Sequence record: NZ_CP049261.1
DNA from: a plasmid
DNA length: 64,000 nt
Direction: 5' to 3' (one strand)
This document shows, in pieces, positions 52,465 through 63,945 of this stretch. A program made the position numbers and the translations under genes. Below the pieces are notes generated by a model, which was not told where the DNA came from, searched no databases, and saw only the letters and a program-made list of their open reading frames with translations. Each line of letters opens with the position of its first letter. The first letter of the stretch is position 1.

Positions 52465-55406
52465 TTGATGGCGCGTCACGTTTCCGGGCTGCTGAAAGCG
52501 GTCTGTTTCCTCTTTGTTTTTGCCGTGCTGTTTGCAGTGACGCTCTCCTCTGCCCGCGCGCTTTCCACCGCGTGCACGGCGCTGAACGCGGCAAGCCCGG
52601 TGAGTTCCGGCCTCAGCACGTACAACGCCAGCAGTTTCAGCGCAGATGAAACTCTCACCGTCTCGTTTACCGACAGTGGCGCGGGTACAGGCGGCCTGCC
52701 GATGAATGCGGATACCGTCATCATGCAATCCCGTGACTTCTCGCAGCATTATCTGATGCATTACAGCTCCGATGGCAATGCGGGGAGTTTCAGCACCACG
52801 CTGACCGGCGCACAGCTCACGGCGGGCGGACTCTGGTTAAAAGTCTCAACGGCCAACGGCTTTATCAGCCCGGTGACGGTTTCCTGTACTGCGGCGGCCA
52901 CGCTCTCCTCCGATGCCACGCTGAGCGGGCTCTCGTTTTCCGGCGGCGCGCTCTCGCCTGGCTTCTCAGCCAGCAACACCAGCTACCACGCGACGGTCGA
53001 TTACGCGGTCTCCTCGGTGACGCTGACGCCAGTTACCACCCACAACGCCTCCACTGTCACCGTGAATGGCAACGTCGTGTCTTCCGGCTCCGCATCGCCC
53101 TCTGTCAACCTGAGCGTGGGTACCAATACCCTCACGATCGTCGTAACCGCCGAAGATGGCACCACCAAAAACTACAGCGTTGTTATCCAGCGCAACGAGC
53201 AGACGCCCGTGGCGGGTAACGTCAGCGCGCAGGTGGCGTCCAACAGTCAGAATAACCCCATTGCACTCGCGCTCTCCGGCGGCACCGCAACGGCGGTGAA
53301 TCTGGTTAGCCCGCCGCAGCACGGCACGCTGATGATTTCCGGTACGACGGTTACGTACACGCCGCTGGCCGGGTATAGCGGCAGCGACAGTTTTACCTAC
53401 AACGCCAGTAACAGCGCGGGCACCTCGGCGAACGCCACAGCATCGCTGACCATTACCGCGCCCGCGGCCGTGACGATATCGCCCGCCAGCGGCGCGCTTA
53501 CGCCTGCCACCGTGGGCAGCGCCTGGTCGCAGAACGTTTCCGTCACCGGCGGCACAGCGCCTTATATCTGGACTGCGCATGGCCTGCCGGCAGGTATCAC
53601 GCAGAACAGCGCGACCGGCGCGCTCTCCGGTACGCCCACCACGTCCGGCAGTTTCAGCATTTCGCTGACCGCGCAGGATGCCGCGGGCGTTTCTTCCACC
53701 GTAACCTATACGCTGGTGGTATCAAACGGCGCGCCACCTGACGCCACGCTCGTGATGACGCCAGCGGCGGGCGCGCTCCCGTCCGGCACCGTTGGCACGG
53801 CCTTATCGCAGACGTTCGCGGTGAACGGCGGCGCTGCGCCATATCGCTGGCAGCTGAGCGGCTCGCTGCCCGCTGGGCTCACTTTCTCCGGTGGCCTCCT
53901 GAAAGGCACGCCGGGCGTGGCAGGCGACAGCGCCTTTACGCTGTCAGTCACCGATGCGAACGGCACCACGGTTCACGCTGCCTACACGCTGCGCATTAAC
54001 GCCGCGGCGGCACAGGCGGTGGATCAAAGCGCGTCGCTCTCTGCCGGGCGCGTGACCCGCGTGTCGCTCACGCGTGGTGCCACCGGCGGCCCGTTCACCG
54101 GCGCGCGTCTGCTGGCCCCCCGGATAAACGCCAGGGCACGGCCAGCATCCAGCCGCAGGGTGGCGATTACGAACTGACATTTACCGCCGCGCCGCAGGCC
54201 AGCGGTACCGTTGTGCTGCGCTATGTGTTGTTAAGTGCTTCGGGCATTACGTCACCTGCGACCATTACGTTCTCCATCGCCTCACGCCCCGATCCGTCGA
54301 AAGACGCCAGCGTGACGGGCACCGTCAGCGCGCAGTACCAGGCGGCGCAGAACTTCGCCCGCGCGCAGATCCGCAACTTCAACGATCGCCTTGAACAGCT
54401 GCACGGCAGCGAAGACGTACCGTCCAGTCTGAATGGCGTCCACTTCGCCCTGCCCTCCTCGCCGGCGGAACGCGGGCTGGATACCGATCTCTGGAACGCC
54501 GCGCTTCAGCAGCAGGCGCAGCTGGATGCGCAGAACAGTCTGCCGCCTGCGCTGCCATTTGGCATGCAGACGCCTGGCCAGCGGCTCTCTTACTGGACGG
54601 GCGGCTATGTCGATTTCGGGCGCGATAAAGACGCGACGATGCGCCTGAGCCATACGCTGGTGGGCGTCAGCACCGGCGTGGATTACCGCTTCACGCCCAC
54701 CGTGACGGCAGGTGTGGGAATGGGGTTCGGGCGCGACGTCAGCGATATCGGCGACACCGGCACCCGCAGCAATGGCCGCTCACTGAGCACCGCGCTGTAT
54801 GCGAGCTATCACCCGGACGCGGTTTTCGTCGACGGGCTGTTAGGTTACAGCCGCCTCGATTTCGACAGCAAACGCCACGTGAGTGAAACAGATGTGTATG
54901 CGCGCGGCAGCCGCGCCGGCAGCCAGGTCTTTGTCGCGCTGACCTCCGGCTACGAATTCCGCCTGCCGCAGAGTCTCGTCTCGCCGTATGGCCGCGTGCA
55001 GATTTCAAAGACGCATCTGGAGAGCTACAGCGAATCGGATGCGGGCATGTATAACCTGGCGTTCGCGCCGCAGCGTTTTTCACAGGTGACGGGCAGCGCG
55101 GGCCTGCGCGCCGAACACCGTGTACCGGTAAGCTGGGGCGATCTTCGTCTGCAAAGCCGCGTGGAGTATTCACGCCTGATGAATGACACCGGCAGCGCGC
55201 GCGTCGGGTATGCCGATACCGGCAACGACACCTGGCGCCTGTCGCTGTATGAGCAAAATCGCCAGACGCTGGCGCTTGGCGTCGGGCTTGATATGGCGCT
55301 ACCGAATGGCGTCACGCCTGGGCTTGCGTATCAGGGTACGCTGGGGCTGGATGACAGAGGTTCACGCGCCCAGACCATCATGGCGCGCATGAACGTGGCG
55401 TTTTAA
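52465..55406 (+). CDS. Autotransporter adhesin. Signal peptide, passenger with He_PIG/Ig-like repeats, C-terminal beta-barrel. Frameshift about 54100-54180.
   Basis: Signal MMARHVSGLLKAVCFLFVFAVLFAVTLSSARA. Repeated ..GSDSFTYNA../..TAPYIWTA../..AAPYRWQL.. units. Barrel domain 54213-55406 with aromatic-rich beta strands ending ..ARMNVAF. Confidence 0.7.
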
Positions 55407-55416
55407 TCTGCCATAA

Positions 55417-55452
55417 AAAAACGGCGCAGAAGATAACCCCTGCGCCGTTGGT
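55417..55452. terminator. Bidirectional terminator between the autotransporter and glgX
   Basis: aacggcgcagaagataacccctgcgccgttggtttt. Confidence 0.55.
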
Positions 55453-55467
55453 TTTATGGCATCGCCA

Positions 55468-57505
55468 TTACGGACGTCTGAACAGCGCGATGCTGCGCCC
55501 TTCGAGCTCGAAATCCTTCTCTTTGGTGATAACCAGGCCGTGATTCGCGGTGTCGGAGGTGGTCAGTTCCAGCACCCAGCCGCCTTCGCCAAACTGCGGA
55601 ATGCGGAACGGCACGTTGCCTTCAAACGGGTTGAACAGCATCAGCACGTCGTGCCAGATGCCCTCTTCGGTCTCCAGATCGGGCCTGCCGATGTACACCC
55701 CGAGCGTCGAGCCTTCGTCCCACTGCTCCGGCTGCTGATAGCCGCCGCCCGCGTTGAACCACTCGATAACCATCCCGTCGCGCCAGTTTTCACGGCGCAG
55801 CAGCGGCTGCTCGGCGCGCAGCTTAATCACCTTACGGGTGAATTCGCGCAGCGCCTCGGCGCTTTCCGGCAGGTTCTCCCAGTGCACCCAGGAAATTTCG
55901 CTGTCCTGGCAGTAGCCGTTGTTATTCCCCATCTGGCTGCGGCCAAACTCGTCACCCGCCAGCAGCATCGGCGTACCGTGGGAGAACAACAGCGTGGCGA
56001 GGAAGTTACGTTTCTGGCGCTCACGCACCGCGTTGATGCCTTCATCGTCCGTCGGGCCTTCCGCGCCGTAGTTGTACGAGCGGTTGTCGTTATGGCCGTC
56101 GTTGTTATCCTCGCCGTTATCCTCGTTGTGCTTCTCGTTGTACGACACCAGGTCGTTGAGCGTGAAGCCGTCATGAGCGGTAATAAAGTTGACGCTCGCC
56201 CACGGACGGCGGCCGCGCTGATCGTAGAGATCGCCGGAGCCGAGCAGGCGCGCCGCGAAATCGGTCGAGACGTTATCGCCCTTCCAGTATTCACGCACCG
56301 TATCGCGGTATTTGTCGTTCCACTCCGCCCAGCCCGGCGGGAAGCCGCCCACCTGATAGCCGCCGGGCCGATGTCCCACGGCTCGCCAATCAGTTTCACT
56401 TTCGAGAGCACCGGATCCTGCATGATGGCGTCAAAGAAGCCGCCGCGCTGGTCAAATCCTTCCGGTTCGCGGCCAAGAATGGTGCCAAGATCGAAACGGA
56501 AACCGTCGATATGCATCGATTCCGCCCAGTAACGCAGCGAATCCATCACCATCTGCAGCACGCGCGGGTGCGACGTATTCACCGTATTGCCGGTGCCGGT
56601 ATCGTTGATGTAATAGCGGTGCTGATCGGGCATGGTGCGGTAATAAGAGAAGTTATCGATACCTTTAAACGACAGCGTCGGGCCAAGCTCGTTGCCTTCG
56701 GCGGTGTGGTTATAGACCACATCCAGGATCACCTCGATACCGGCGTCATGGTAGGCACGTACCATATCGCGAAAACCCTGAATGCCGCGCGGGCCGAAAT
56801 AGCGCGAGGCAGGTGCGAAGAAGCCGAGCGAATTGTAGCCCAGAAGTTTTTCAGCCCCTTGTCCAGCAGATGCTGATCGTCCGGGAACCAGTGCACCGGC
56901 AGCAGTTCAACAGAGGTAATGCCCAGGCTCTTGATGTAATCCACCGTCGCCTTATGCCCCATACCGTCGTAGGTGCCGCGCAGCTCCGGCGGCACCGCCG
57001 GGTTGAGCTGCGTGAAGCCTTTGACATGAGTTTCATACACCACCGCGTGTGGCCAGGCGATGGTTGGCCGGTTCTGATCCTGCCAGTCAAATTCGTTCGG
57101 ATCGATGACGCGACACTTCGGCATATAGGGCGCGCTATCGCGCTCATCGAAGGTAAGATCTTTATCTTCGTGCAGCAGGTCGTAGGCAAAATGCGCCTCG
57201 TTCCATTCGATATTGCCGACGAGATCGCGTGCGTACGGGTCGACCAGCAGCTTGTTCGGGTTAAAGCGATGACCGTTTTCCGGATCGTACGGCCCGTGTA
57301 CGCGGTAACCATACAGCGCGCCAGGTTGCAGACCCGGCACATAGCCGTGCCAGACTTCATGCGTATATTCCGGCAGCGTCAGACGAGCGATTTCATTTTT
57401 GCCGCTCGGATCGTAGAGACACAGCTCCACGCGCTCGGCGTGTGCGGAGAAAATCGCGAAGTTCACCCCCTCGCCGTCGTAATTTGCGCCGAGGGATAAC
57501 TGCAT
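55468..57505 (-). CDS. glgX: Glycogen debranching enzyme GlgX/TreX (GH13). Two frameshifts.
   Basis: Three consecutive minus-strand frames: 56729-57505 ([20 protein letters not shown]..), 55827-56765 and 55468-56379. Confidence 0.75.
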
Positions 57506-57608
57506 CCCGCCGTGATTTCAAAAGCCTTACCGTTTGACATATCTCCCTCTCCCTCCGGACCGTAAATGTTCAGGACTACCACGATTCATGATGTTTATTT
57601 ACATGGAA

Positions 57609-60138
57609 TCAGTCGGTTATGAGTATCACGGACGAGCAGCCGTCGGCTGTCTCCAGGTTTATCCGATCGGCGAGCGTTACCGTCTCGCCGGTCAGCACGT
57701 TGCGCCAGCGTCGCTGCGCGAGCGTCGCTGGCAGCACGATGTGGGTGTCGTGCCAGCCTGCACGGGCCGGTAGCGACGCGCTTTCATAAAGCGCGGTGAA
57801 CATCAGCCGCGGCGCTATCACGATGATGGCGTCATCGCCGAGCGTGCGGGCGTAAGCAATCACGTTACTGTCGAACTCGCCTTCGGCGTGAAGCGGCAAA
57901 TAGTCACCGTGGCGGAACAGTGCTGGATTCTGCTGGCGCAGGTGCAGCACGCGGGCGATCAGATGCTGCTTAAGCCGCCCGCTGATCCAGTCCTGCGAGG
58001 TGGCAGCAAAATTCGCCTGCGGCGCCAGCATACTGTCGAGCGCGATGAAATCCGGCTCGCGGCGGTTATCCGGGTCCACCAGGCTGAAGTTGAGCGCTTC
58101 GCTGCCCTGGTAGATATCCGGCACGCCAGGCGCGGTCAGCTTCAGCGCCGTCTGGGTCAGGCTGTTCACCAGCCCCGCGCGGATAAACGGCTGCAACGCC
58201 TCGTGGAAATCCTTCAGGAAATCCTGATTATCCGGCGAGAGCATATGGCGTGCGTAATCCAGCACCGCTTTTTCATAGGCGTCGTTAGTGTCCGCCCAGT
58301 CGGTGCGCAGCTTCGCTTCACGCAGCGCTTTTTCCACGAAGCCCAGGAAGCGTTCTTCCAGCGCCTTCAGGCCTGCGGCGTCATCCGGCTTCAGCGTGGC
58401 AGGCCAGACGCCCGCCAGCGCCTGATAGAGCATCCAGGTATCGGCGCCCTTCGGCGCGGTGCCGTCATTGAGGAACACCACTTTGGTCTGGTTGAGCTGA
58501 CGCCAGCGCGCAACGCACTCGGCATAAAACAGCGGCGCTTCGGTGAGTGCATAGAGCCTGGCGCGGGCGTCTTCGCCACGTTTGGTGTCATGGGTTGACG
58601 TGCTGGTAAGCGCGTCCGGCTGATGTTTCAGGCGCAGCTTCATCTCTTTATGGAAGCGATCCGCCGAGTAGGTGCGCGGCAGCGGCTCAGCCCCACTTCA
58701 TTGAGCGCAAGCTGCATGTTCTGGCGGAAAAACAGCGTGTCTTCCACCGATTTGGCCATCAGCGGGCCGGTAAGCTGCTGAAAACGGGTGCGGAACGTGG
58801 CGGCGTCGGCGAGTGAGCCGCCGGAGACGTTGCCGGCCAGCACATCAGCGAGAAACCCGAGCGCCTGCGCATCCGGCGCGTGCTCGCTGGCCTGCACTTT
58901 CGCGACCACTTTCTGCAGCAGCGCGCTGTCGGCGGGCGTCAGCCCCTGCGCGGTGCCGTAGGTGCGATACACCGGGAACGCCACCAGTAATTCGCGCAGC
59001 GCGCCGCGAAGCACCGGCTCTTCCAGGATCACGCCTTCCTGCTGTGCAATGCGGGTTGCCAGCCGCAGCAGCGTGGTGAACTCCCTTCAAAATTCCGGTC
59101 GGCCATCAGCAGCTTGGCGTCACGCAGTTCGGCAGACATATCCACTTCCTGGCCAACCACGTCGTGATACGCCTTGCTGAGATCGTCGAGCTTCGCGTCA
59201 TCCACCAGCACATCCGAGAGCGCGGCGATAAATTCATAGCCCGTGGTGCCGGAAATCGGCCAGTCGTCGGGGATCTGCTCGCCCTTGCCGAGTATTTTTT
59301 CGACGGTGATGTAGCAATCCGGCCCGGCTTTTTCACGCAGCCGCTCCAGATACGCTTTCGGATCGGCAAGGCCATCGACGTGATCCACCCGCAGGCCATC
59401 CACCGCGCCGGCGTGCACCAGTTCGAGGATCAGCCGGTGGCTGTCGTCAAACACGGCGTCATCTTCAACGCGCACGCCCGCAAGCCCGGTTATCTCAAAA
59501 AAGCGGCGGTAGGAGAGCGAGCGCGGCGCGTCGCGCCAGGAAATCAACTGATACGGCTGGCGGTCATGCAGCGCCGCAATCGCCTGTTTATCGGTAATGG
59601 CCAGCACGTCCGCCTCACGCCCCTGCCAGGTCTCCGGGTTGAGCGGGTAGTAGCTGTCGTAATAGGCGAGCGCGGGTTTGCCGGTTTTCGGATCGGGCTT
59701 AACGCTGATTTCGCCGTTCTCCAGCACGTTCTCAAACGTATCGCCCAGGAACGGCAGCGTCAGGCGGCGCGTCCAGTCGATATCGAAATGGCGGGCGTAA
59801 CGGCTTTTTTCGCCGTGTTCAATCACATCGCGCCACCAGGGGTTTTCCAGCGACGCCGCCATATGGTTGGGCACGATATCGAGGATCAGCCCCAGCCCGG
59901 CGGCTTTGAGCGCCTGCACCATGCGGTCAAAGCCTTCGCGCCCGCCGATGGACGGCTCGATTTTATTGGCGTCGGTCACGTCATAACCGTGTGTGGAGCC
60001 GGTGGTCGCGGTAAACACCGGCGACGCGTACAGATGGCTGATGCCAAGCCGCTTCAGATAAGGCACCAGGCCCGCCGCGCGGTCAAACGTCATACCGTTG
60101 CGAAACTGAATGCGGTACGTTGAAGAAGGAATACTCAT
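57609..60138 (-). CDS. treY: Malto-oligosyltrehalose synthase TreY. Two frameshifts.
   Basis: Three frames: 59029-60138 (MSIPSSTYRIQFRNGMTFDRAAGLVPYLKRLGISHLYASP..), 58640-59032 and 57609-58643. Confidence 0.75.
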
Positions 60139-61919
60139 TGCGCGTCTCCTTTCGCCAGGCGAACGTGAATGCTGTTAGCAGGCAGTTCGTCGCCAGCCTG
60201 CGGCCAGGCGAACAGCGTATCGCCCGGCATTTCCGGCAGCGGTTGCGGGCGCTCGCCGATATTCAGCGCCAGCGACAGCGTGCCTTTCGGGAAGGTCCAG
60301 CTCACCGCCACGAAGCCCGGCGCGGTGTCGATAACGCGCCCGCTGTGGCCGCCCGCCGTGGACAGCAGCGGCACGATATGCTCACGGCGAAGCGTCAGCA
60401 GCTCGCGGGTGAGCGCAAGCCACGCCCTCCCCTCTTCGCTTTCCGGCTTCTGCCAGTCGAGCTTCGACATCTCAAACGTCTGCTGCGCGTTCGGGTCCGG
60501 CACGCTGTCGCCGTCCCAGTCGCCGTGGCCTTCAAATTCACGCGCGCGGCCTTCGCGCACGGCTTTCGCCAGATCGCCGTGGAAATCGGTAAAGAACAGG
60601 AACGGGTTGGTTTCGCCGTACTCTTCGCCCATAAACAGCAGCGGAATGTGCGGCGAGAGCAGCAGGGTGGCGAGCAACACTTTGGTACGGTCGCTTCCCG
60701 CGAGCTCAATCAGGCGTTCGCCCCAGGCGCGGTTGCCGACCTGGTCGTGGTTCTGGATAAAATCGACGAAGGCGACCGGCGGCTGGCCGGTGCTGTCCAC
60801 GCCGCGCGGCTCACCGCTCTGCGGCGAGACTTCGCCCTGATAGGCAAAACCTTCCGTCAGTATGCGGGCAACGAGTTTTTCCGGCTGTTCGGCGAAGTCC
60901 TGGTAATAAGCGTGCGTTTCGCCGGTGGCGAACACATGGATGGCGTTATGGAAATCATCGTTCCATTCGCCGGTAAACAGCGGCGCGCTGCCGTCCGGGT
61001 TGCGCGGGTGCAGGAAAATCACGTTGCGGCTGTCTTCGGTGGTGAGATGCGCCGGGCGGTCGGTGATTTCCGCACGGATGCGCTCGGCGATTTCAACCAG
61101 CGCGTGTTTTGCTGAGGTATCTTCAATCTGGTCGATGGCGTCAAAACGCAGGCCGTCCAGGCGGTACTCTTTCAGCCAGTAGAGCGGCGCTTCAACGATG
61201 TAACGGCGCACCGCATCGACGTCATAGGCGATGCCGTTGCCCCACGGCGTCATGCGCTCTTTGTGGAAGAAATCGGGCGCCAGCAGCGGCAGATAGTTAC
61301 CTTCCGGGCCGAAGTGGTTGAGCACGATATCCAGCACCACGGAAAGCCCGTGGGCGTGGGCGGCGTCGATAAACGCTTTGAAATCGTCCGGCGTACCGTA
61401 GGCGGAATGCGGCGCGTAAAGCAGCACGCCATCGTAACCCCAGCCGCGGTTACCGCCGAACTGCGACACCGGCAGCACTTCCAGCATCGTGACGCCAAGC
61501 TGCGCCAGGTACGGCAGCTTTTCAATCGCCGCGCGGAAGGTGCCTTCCGGCGTGAATGTGCCGATATGCATCTCATAGACGACCGTCTCTTCCCACGGGC
61601 GGCCATGCCAGTCCGTGGTTTGCCACTGATACGCGGCGGGATCGACAACCAGCGACGGCCCGTTAACGTCCGCTTTCTGGGCGCGTGAAGCCGGGTCCGG
61701 CACGGTCATGCCGTCTTCCAGCACAAAACAGTATTCGGTTCCGGGTGCGACGCCCGGTACTTCCCGTTCAAACCAGCCATCGCCTGTCGGCGTCATGGGC
61801 AAATCCTGGCCCGCGAGGCGCAGCGTCACGCGCTTCTGTCCGGTCGCCCAGAGACGGAAGCGAGCGGCGCCGTCCGCCGCATATTCGCTACCCCAACTTT
61901 TCAGGAATGTTGACTCCAT
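60135..61919 (-). CDS. treZ: Malto-oligosyltrehalose trehalohydrolase TreZ
   Basis: 594 aa, intact. GH13 catalytic motifs (..GLRFDAID.., ..VLDIVLNH..). ATGA overlap with treY. Confidence 0.85.
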   Translation of the reverse strand: MESTFLKSWGSEYAADGAARFRLWATGQKRVTLRLAGQDLPMTPTGDGWFEREVPGVAPGTEYCFVLEDGMTVPDPASRAQKADVNGPSLVVDPAAYQWQTTDWHGRPWEETVVYEMHIGTFTPEGTFRAAIEKLPYLAQLGVTMLEVLPVSQFGGNRGWGYDGVLLYAPHSAYGTPDDFKAFIDAAHAHGLSVVLDIVLNHFGPEGNYLPLLAPDFFHKERMTPWGNGIAYDVDAVRRYIVEAPLYWLKEYRLDGLRFDAIDQIEDTSAKHALVEIAERIRAEITDRPAHLTTEDSRNVIFLHPRNPDGSAPLFTGEWNDDFHNAIHVFATGETHAYYQDFAEQPEKLVARILTEGFAYQGEVSPQSGEPRGVDSTGQPPVAFVDFIQNHDQVGNRAWGERLIELAGSDRTKVLLATLLLSPHIPLLFMGEEYGETNPFLFFTDFHGDLAKAVREGRAREFEGHGDWDGDSVPDPNAQQTFEMSKLDWQKPESEEGRAWLALTRELLTLRREHIVPLLSTAGGHSGRVIDTAPGFVAVSWTFPKGTLSLALNIGERPQPLPEMPGDTLFAWPQAGDELPANSIHVRLAKGDAQ

Positions 61920-62224
61920 TCTGTTACCTCATTTAATCCAGAAGTGAGCAGTGGCGCGATCGCGCGATTTCCGCTCCTGTGGCGCGCCTCAGGAACGTGA
62001 ATGTGAAAGCATGATCCGGGTGCCGCAGCGGGCCGGTAGCGCGCAGGCCGCCTGTGTGAAAGCGGTTTTCTGCCTGGGAGGTACAACGGATTACGGATTG
62101 TCCCGACCCTGGCGGCATACGTGAACAATCATAGACCATTACCGGAGAAGTGCCGGGACGCGCGGCGGGGCGCGTCAGAAGAAGAGGTATCCGCGCCGCG
62201 TGCGAAACGGCGCAGGATGAGAGA

Positions 62225-63553
62225 TTATGCGGCCGCGAGGCGCGCGCACTGCTGGTGCATGCCGTTAAAAATAACGTCGGCCAGAGAGGCGGGGAAATCC
62301 ACCGGGAGCGCGTCGGCCACGCGCGCGATCACCGCAGGCGCGCTGGCTGTCAGCGCATCAATCATGTCGTTGACCTGCGCCGCCGACAGCCCGGCAAGCT
62401 CGCCCTGGCGCAGCCAGTGACGGCGGCGGATCTGGCTCAGGTGGTAATAGTTACTGCTGCCGCGCACCGCCATCGCCAGCTTGCACTTCTGCCACGCAAT
62501 CTGGTTATTACCGGGCCCGATGACCGGCCAGGCGGAGAGCACGTCGTAAAGCGGCGTCAGGTGGTAACGGTTGCCGGGCAGATGCGCAATGCTGAAATTC
62601 TTGGCGTGGCCGTCGGTCGCGGCGAGGATCCAGAAGATAATCTGCGCGCGGAAGAAATTCGCGCGATCCGCCTGCGCGTTTTCTGAACGGCTCAGAACCG
62701 TCATGATATCACCGATGCCCGGCCCGCCGTCGGCCTGATATTTACGCAGCGGCGAAACGCCCAGCGCCTGGCACATATCCTCCTGCGGCAGACGCAGCCA
62801 CCACCGGCCATCACCGGACAGACGGCGGTCGAAGCGCTCAACAATCAGCACTTTTTGCTCTTCGAACTGCGCCATCTGCGTGCGCGCGACCGGAATATCC
62901 CAGGCCGCCAGTAGCTGCGCGCAGAGCCATTCGTTTTCAATGGAGGTGCGCATATCCGCCTGCATGTTGCCCACCAGCCCCAGCGGCAGTTTGAAAATAT
63001 GCGTGGTGGGCGTGTTGCCCTCCGGCAGGCACCACTGGTCTTCGTGCCACAGCAGCGCGGTTTTCTCCTGCGCGCCCGCAATGGAGAGCCGCAGCTCCTC
63101 TTCGCCGCCATGCTGGCCGGGGAACGCCTCTGCGGTGTGGCGCAGCATCGCGGCAATATCCACTGTGGAGAGTGGACGGGCACGGATGGTAAAGAGCCCT
63201 TCCGGCGCTTCACCGGCGGGCAGCAGCTGAATAGCGCCGACGCAGTCGCGCCCCAGCTCCGCCAGCAGATCGAACGGCTCCAGGCTCTGCGCCCGGTAGC
63301 GCATCGCCAGCCGCCGCCGGATGTTTTCGCTGTCCGGCAGCAGGTTGTCGAAGTAATCGCGCACCTGCGCGCCGCGGTAGGACTGATTACCGGGCGTGAA
63401 CGGCAGCGACAGCGACAGCGGCCTGCCCTGCGGATCGGCAATCCACTCCGGCAGATAGGTCAGCCGGTCTTCGCCGTTGTGTTTATCCCAGTAACCGACC
63501 GGCAGGCCGTTCATCCAGAGCGCTAAACGCGACGTGCGGCGCATGATTACCAC
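62225..63553 (-). CDS. hipA: HipA serine/threonine kinase toxin
   Basis: 442 aa, intact. ..SIAGAQEKTAL.. and ..HAKNFS.. HipA motifs. Confidence 0.85.
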   Translation of the reverse strand: MVIMRRTSRLALWMNGLPVGYWDKHNGEDRLTYLPEWIADPQGRPLSLSLPFTPGNQSYRGAQVRDYFDNLLPDSENIRRRLAMRYRAQSLEPFDLLAELGRDCVGAIQLLPAGEAPEGLFTIRARPLSTVDIAAMLRHTAEAFPGQHGGEEELRLSIAGAQEKTALLWHEDQWCLPEGNTPTTHIFKLPLGLVGNMQADMRTSIENEWLCAQLLAAWDIPVARTQMAQFEEQKVLIVERFDRRLSGDGRWWLRLPQEDMCQALGVSPLRKYQADGGPGIGDIMTVLSRSENAQADRANFFRAQIIFWILAATDGHAKNFSIAHLPGNRYHLTPLYDVLSAWPVIGPGNNQIAWQKCKLAMAVRGSSNYYHLSQIRRRHWLRQGELAGLSAAQVNDMIDALTASAPAVIARVADALPVDFPASLADVIFNGMHQQCARLAAA

Positions 63554-63828
63554 GCCTCGCGACGGGCAGGCGAATCGTCACGCGCGGGCGCGTCAGACTC
63601 CGCCGCCTGCGTTTCGCACAGCGTCATCTCAATGCCCAGCACGTTAAAGACGCGGAACAGGCGCTCAATGCTGGCCGTTTCGGGGTTCGCCTCCAGCCGC
63701 GCATAGGTTTGCTGCGTGACGCCAAGCCGCGCCGAAACTTCTTTCTGGGTCAGCCCCTGTTTTTTACGAAAGCCCACCAGCAGCGGGCGCAGCTGGCTGA
63801 GCGTTTTCAGTGGATACCGGGTGTTCAT
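63547..63828 (-). CDS. hipB: HipB antitoxin, Cro/C1-type HTH repressor
   Basis: 93 aa. ..LVGFRKKQGLTQKEVSARLGVTQQTYARLE.. HTH. Overlaps the hipA start by 7 nt. Confidence 0.85.
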   Translation of the reverse strand: MNTRYPLKTLSQLRPLLVGFRKKQGLTQKEVSARLGVTQQTYARLEANPETASIERLFRVFNVLGIEMTLCETQAAESDAPARDDSPARREAW

Positions 63829-63859
63829 CTTGCTGGTCGCACCTTCAGATACATACGAT

Positions 63860-63945
63860 AAGCTGTATTCTCTATTTTACACCCTTCAGGCTGTAGCATG
63901 CAATTACAGCATAAAGGGTGTTAAACGCAGAATACAGCCTGAACG
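63860..63945. promoter_or_regulatory. hipBA promoter region with inverted-repeat operator half-sites
   Basis: ctgtattct (63868-63876) pairs with agaatacag (about 63930). ttcaggctgta pairs with tacagcctgaa. These are palindromic sites as expected for HipB operators. Confidence 0.4.

Noticed and set aside
55456-61115. Plus-strand ORFs of 358, 236, 319 and 331 aa across glgX, treY and treZ
   Set aside because: Antisense to GH13 genes with clear catalytic motifs. Compositional artefacts of high GC.
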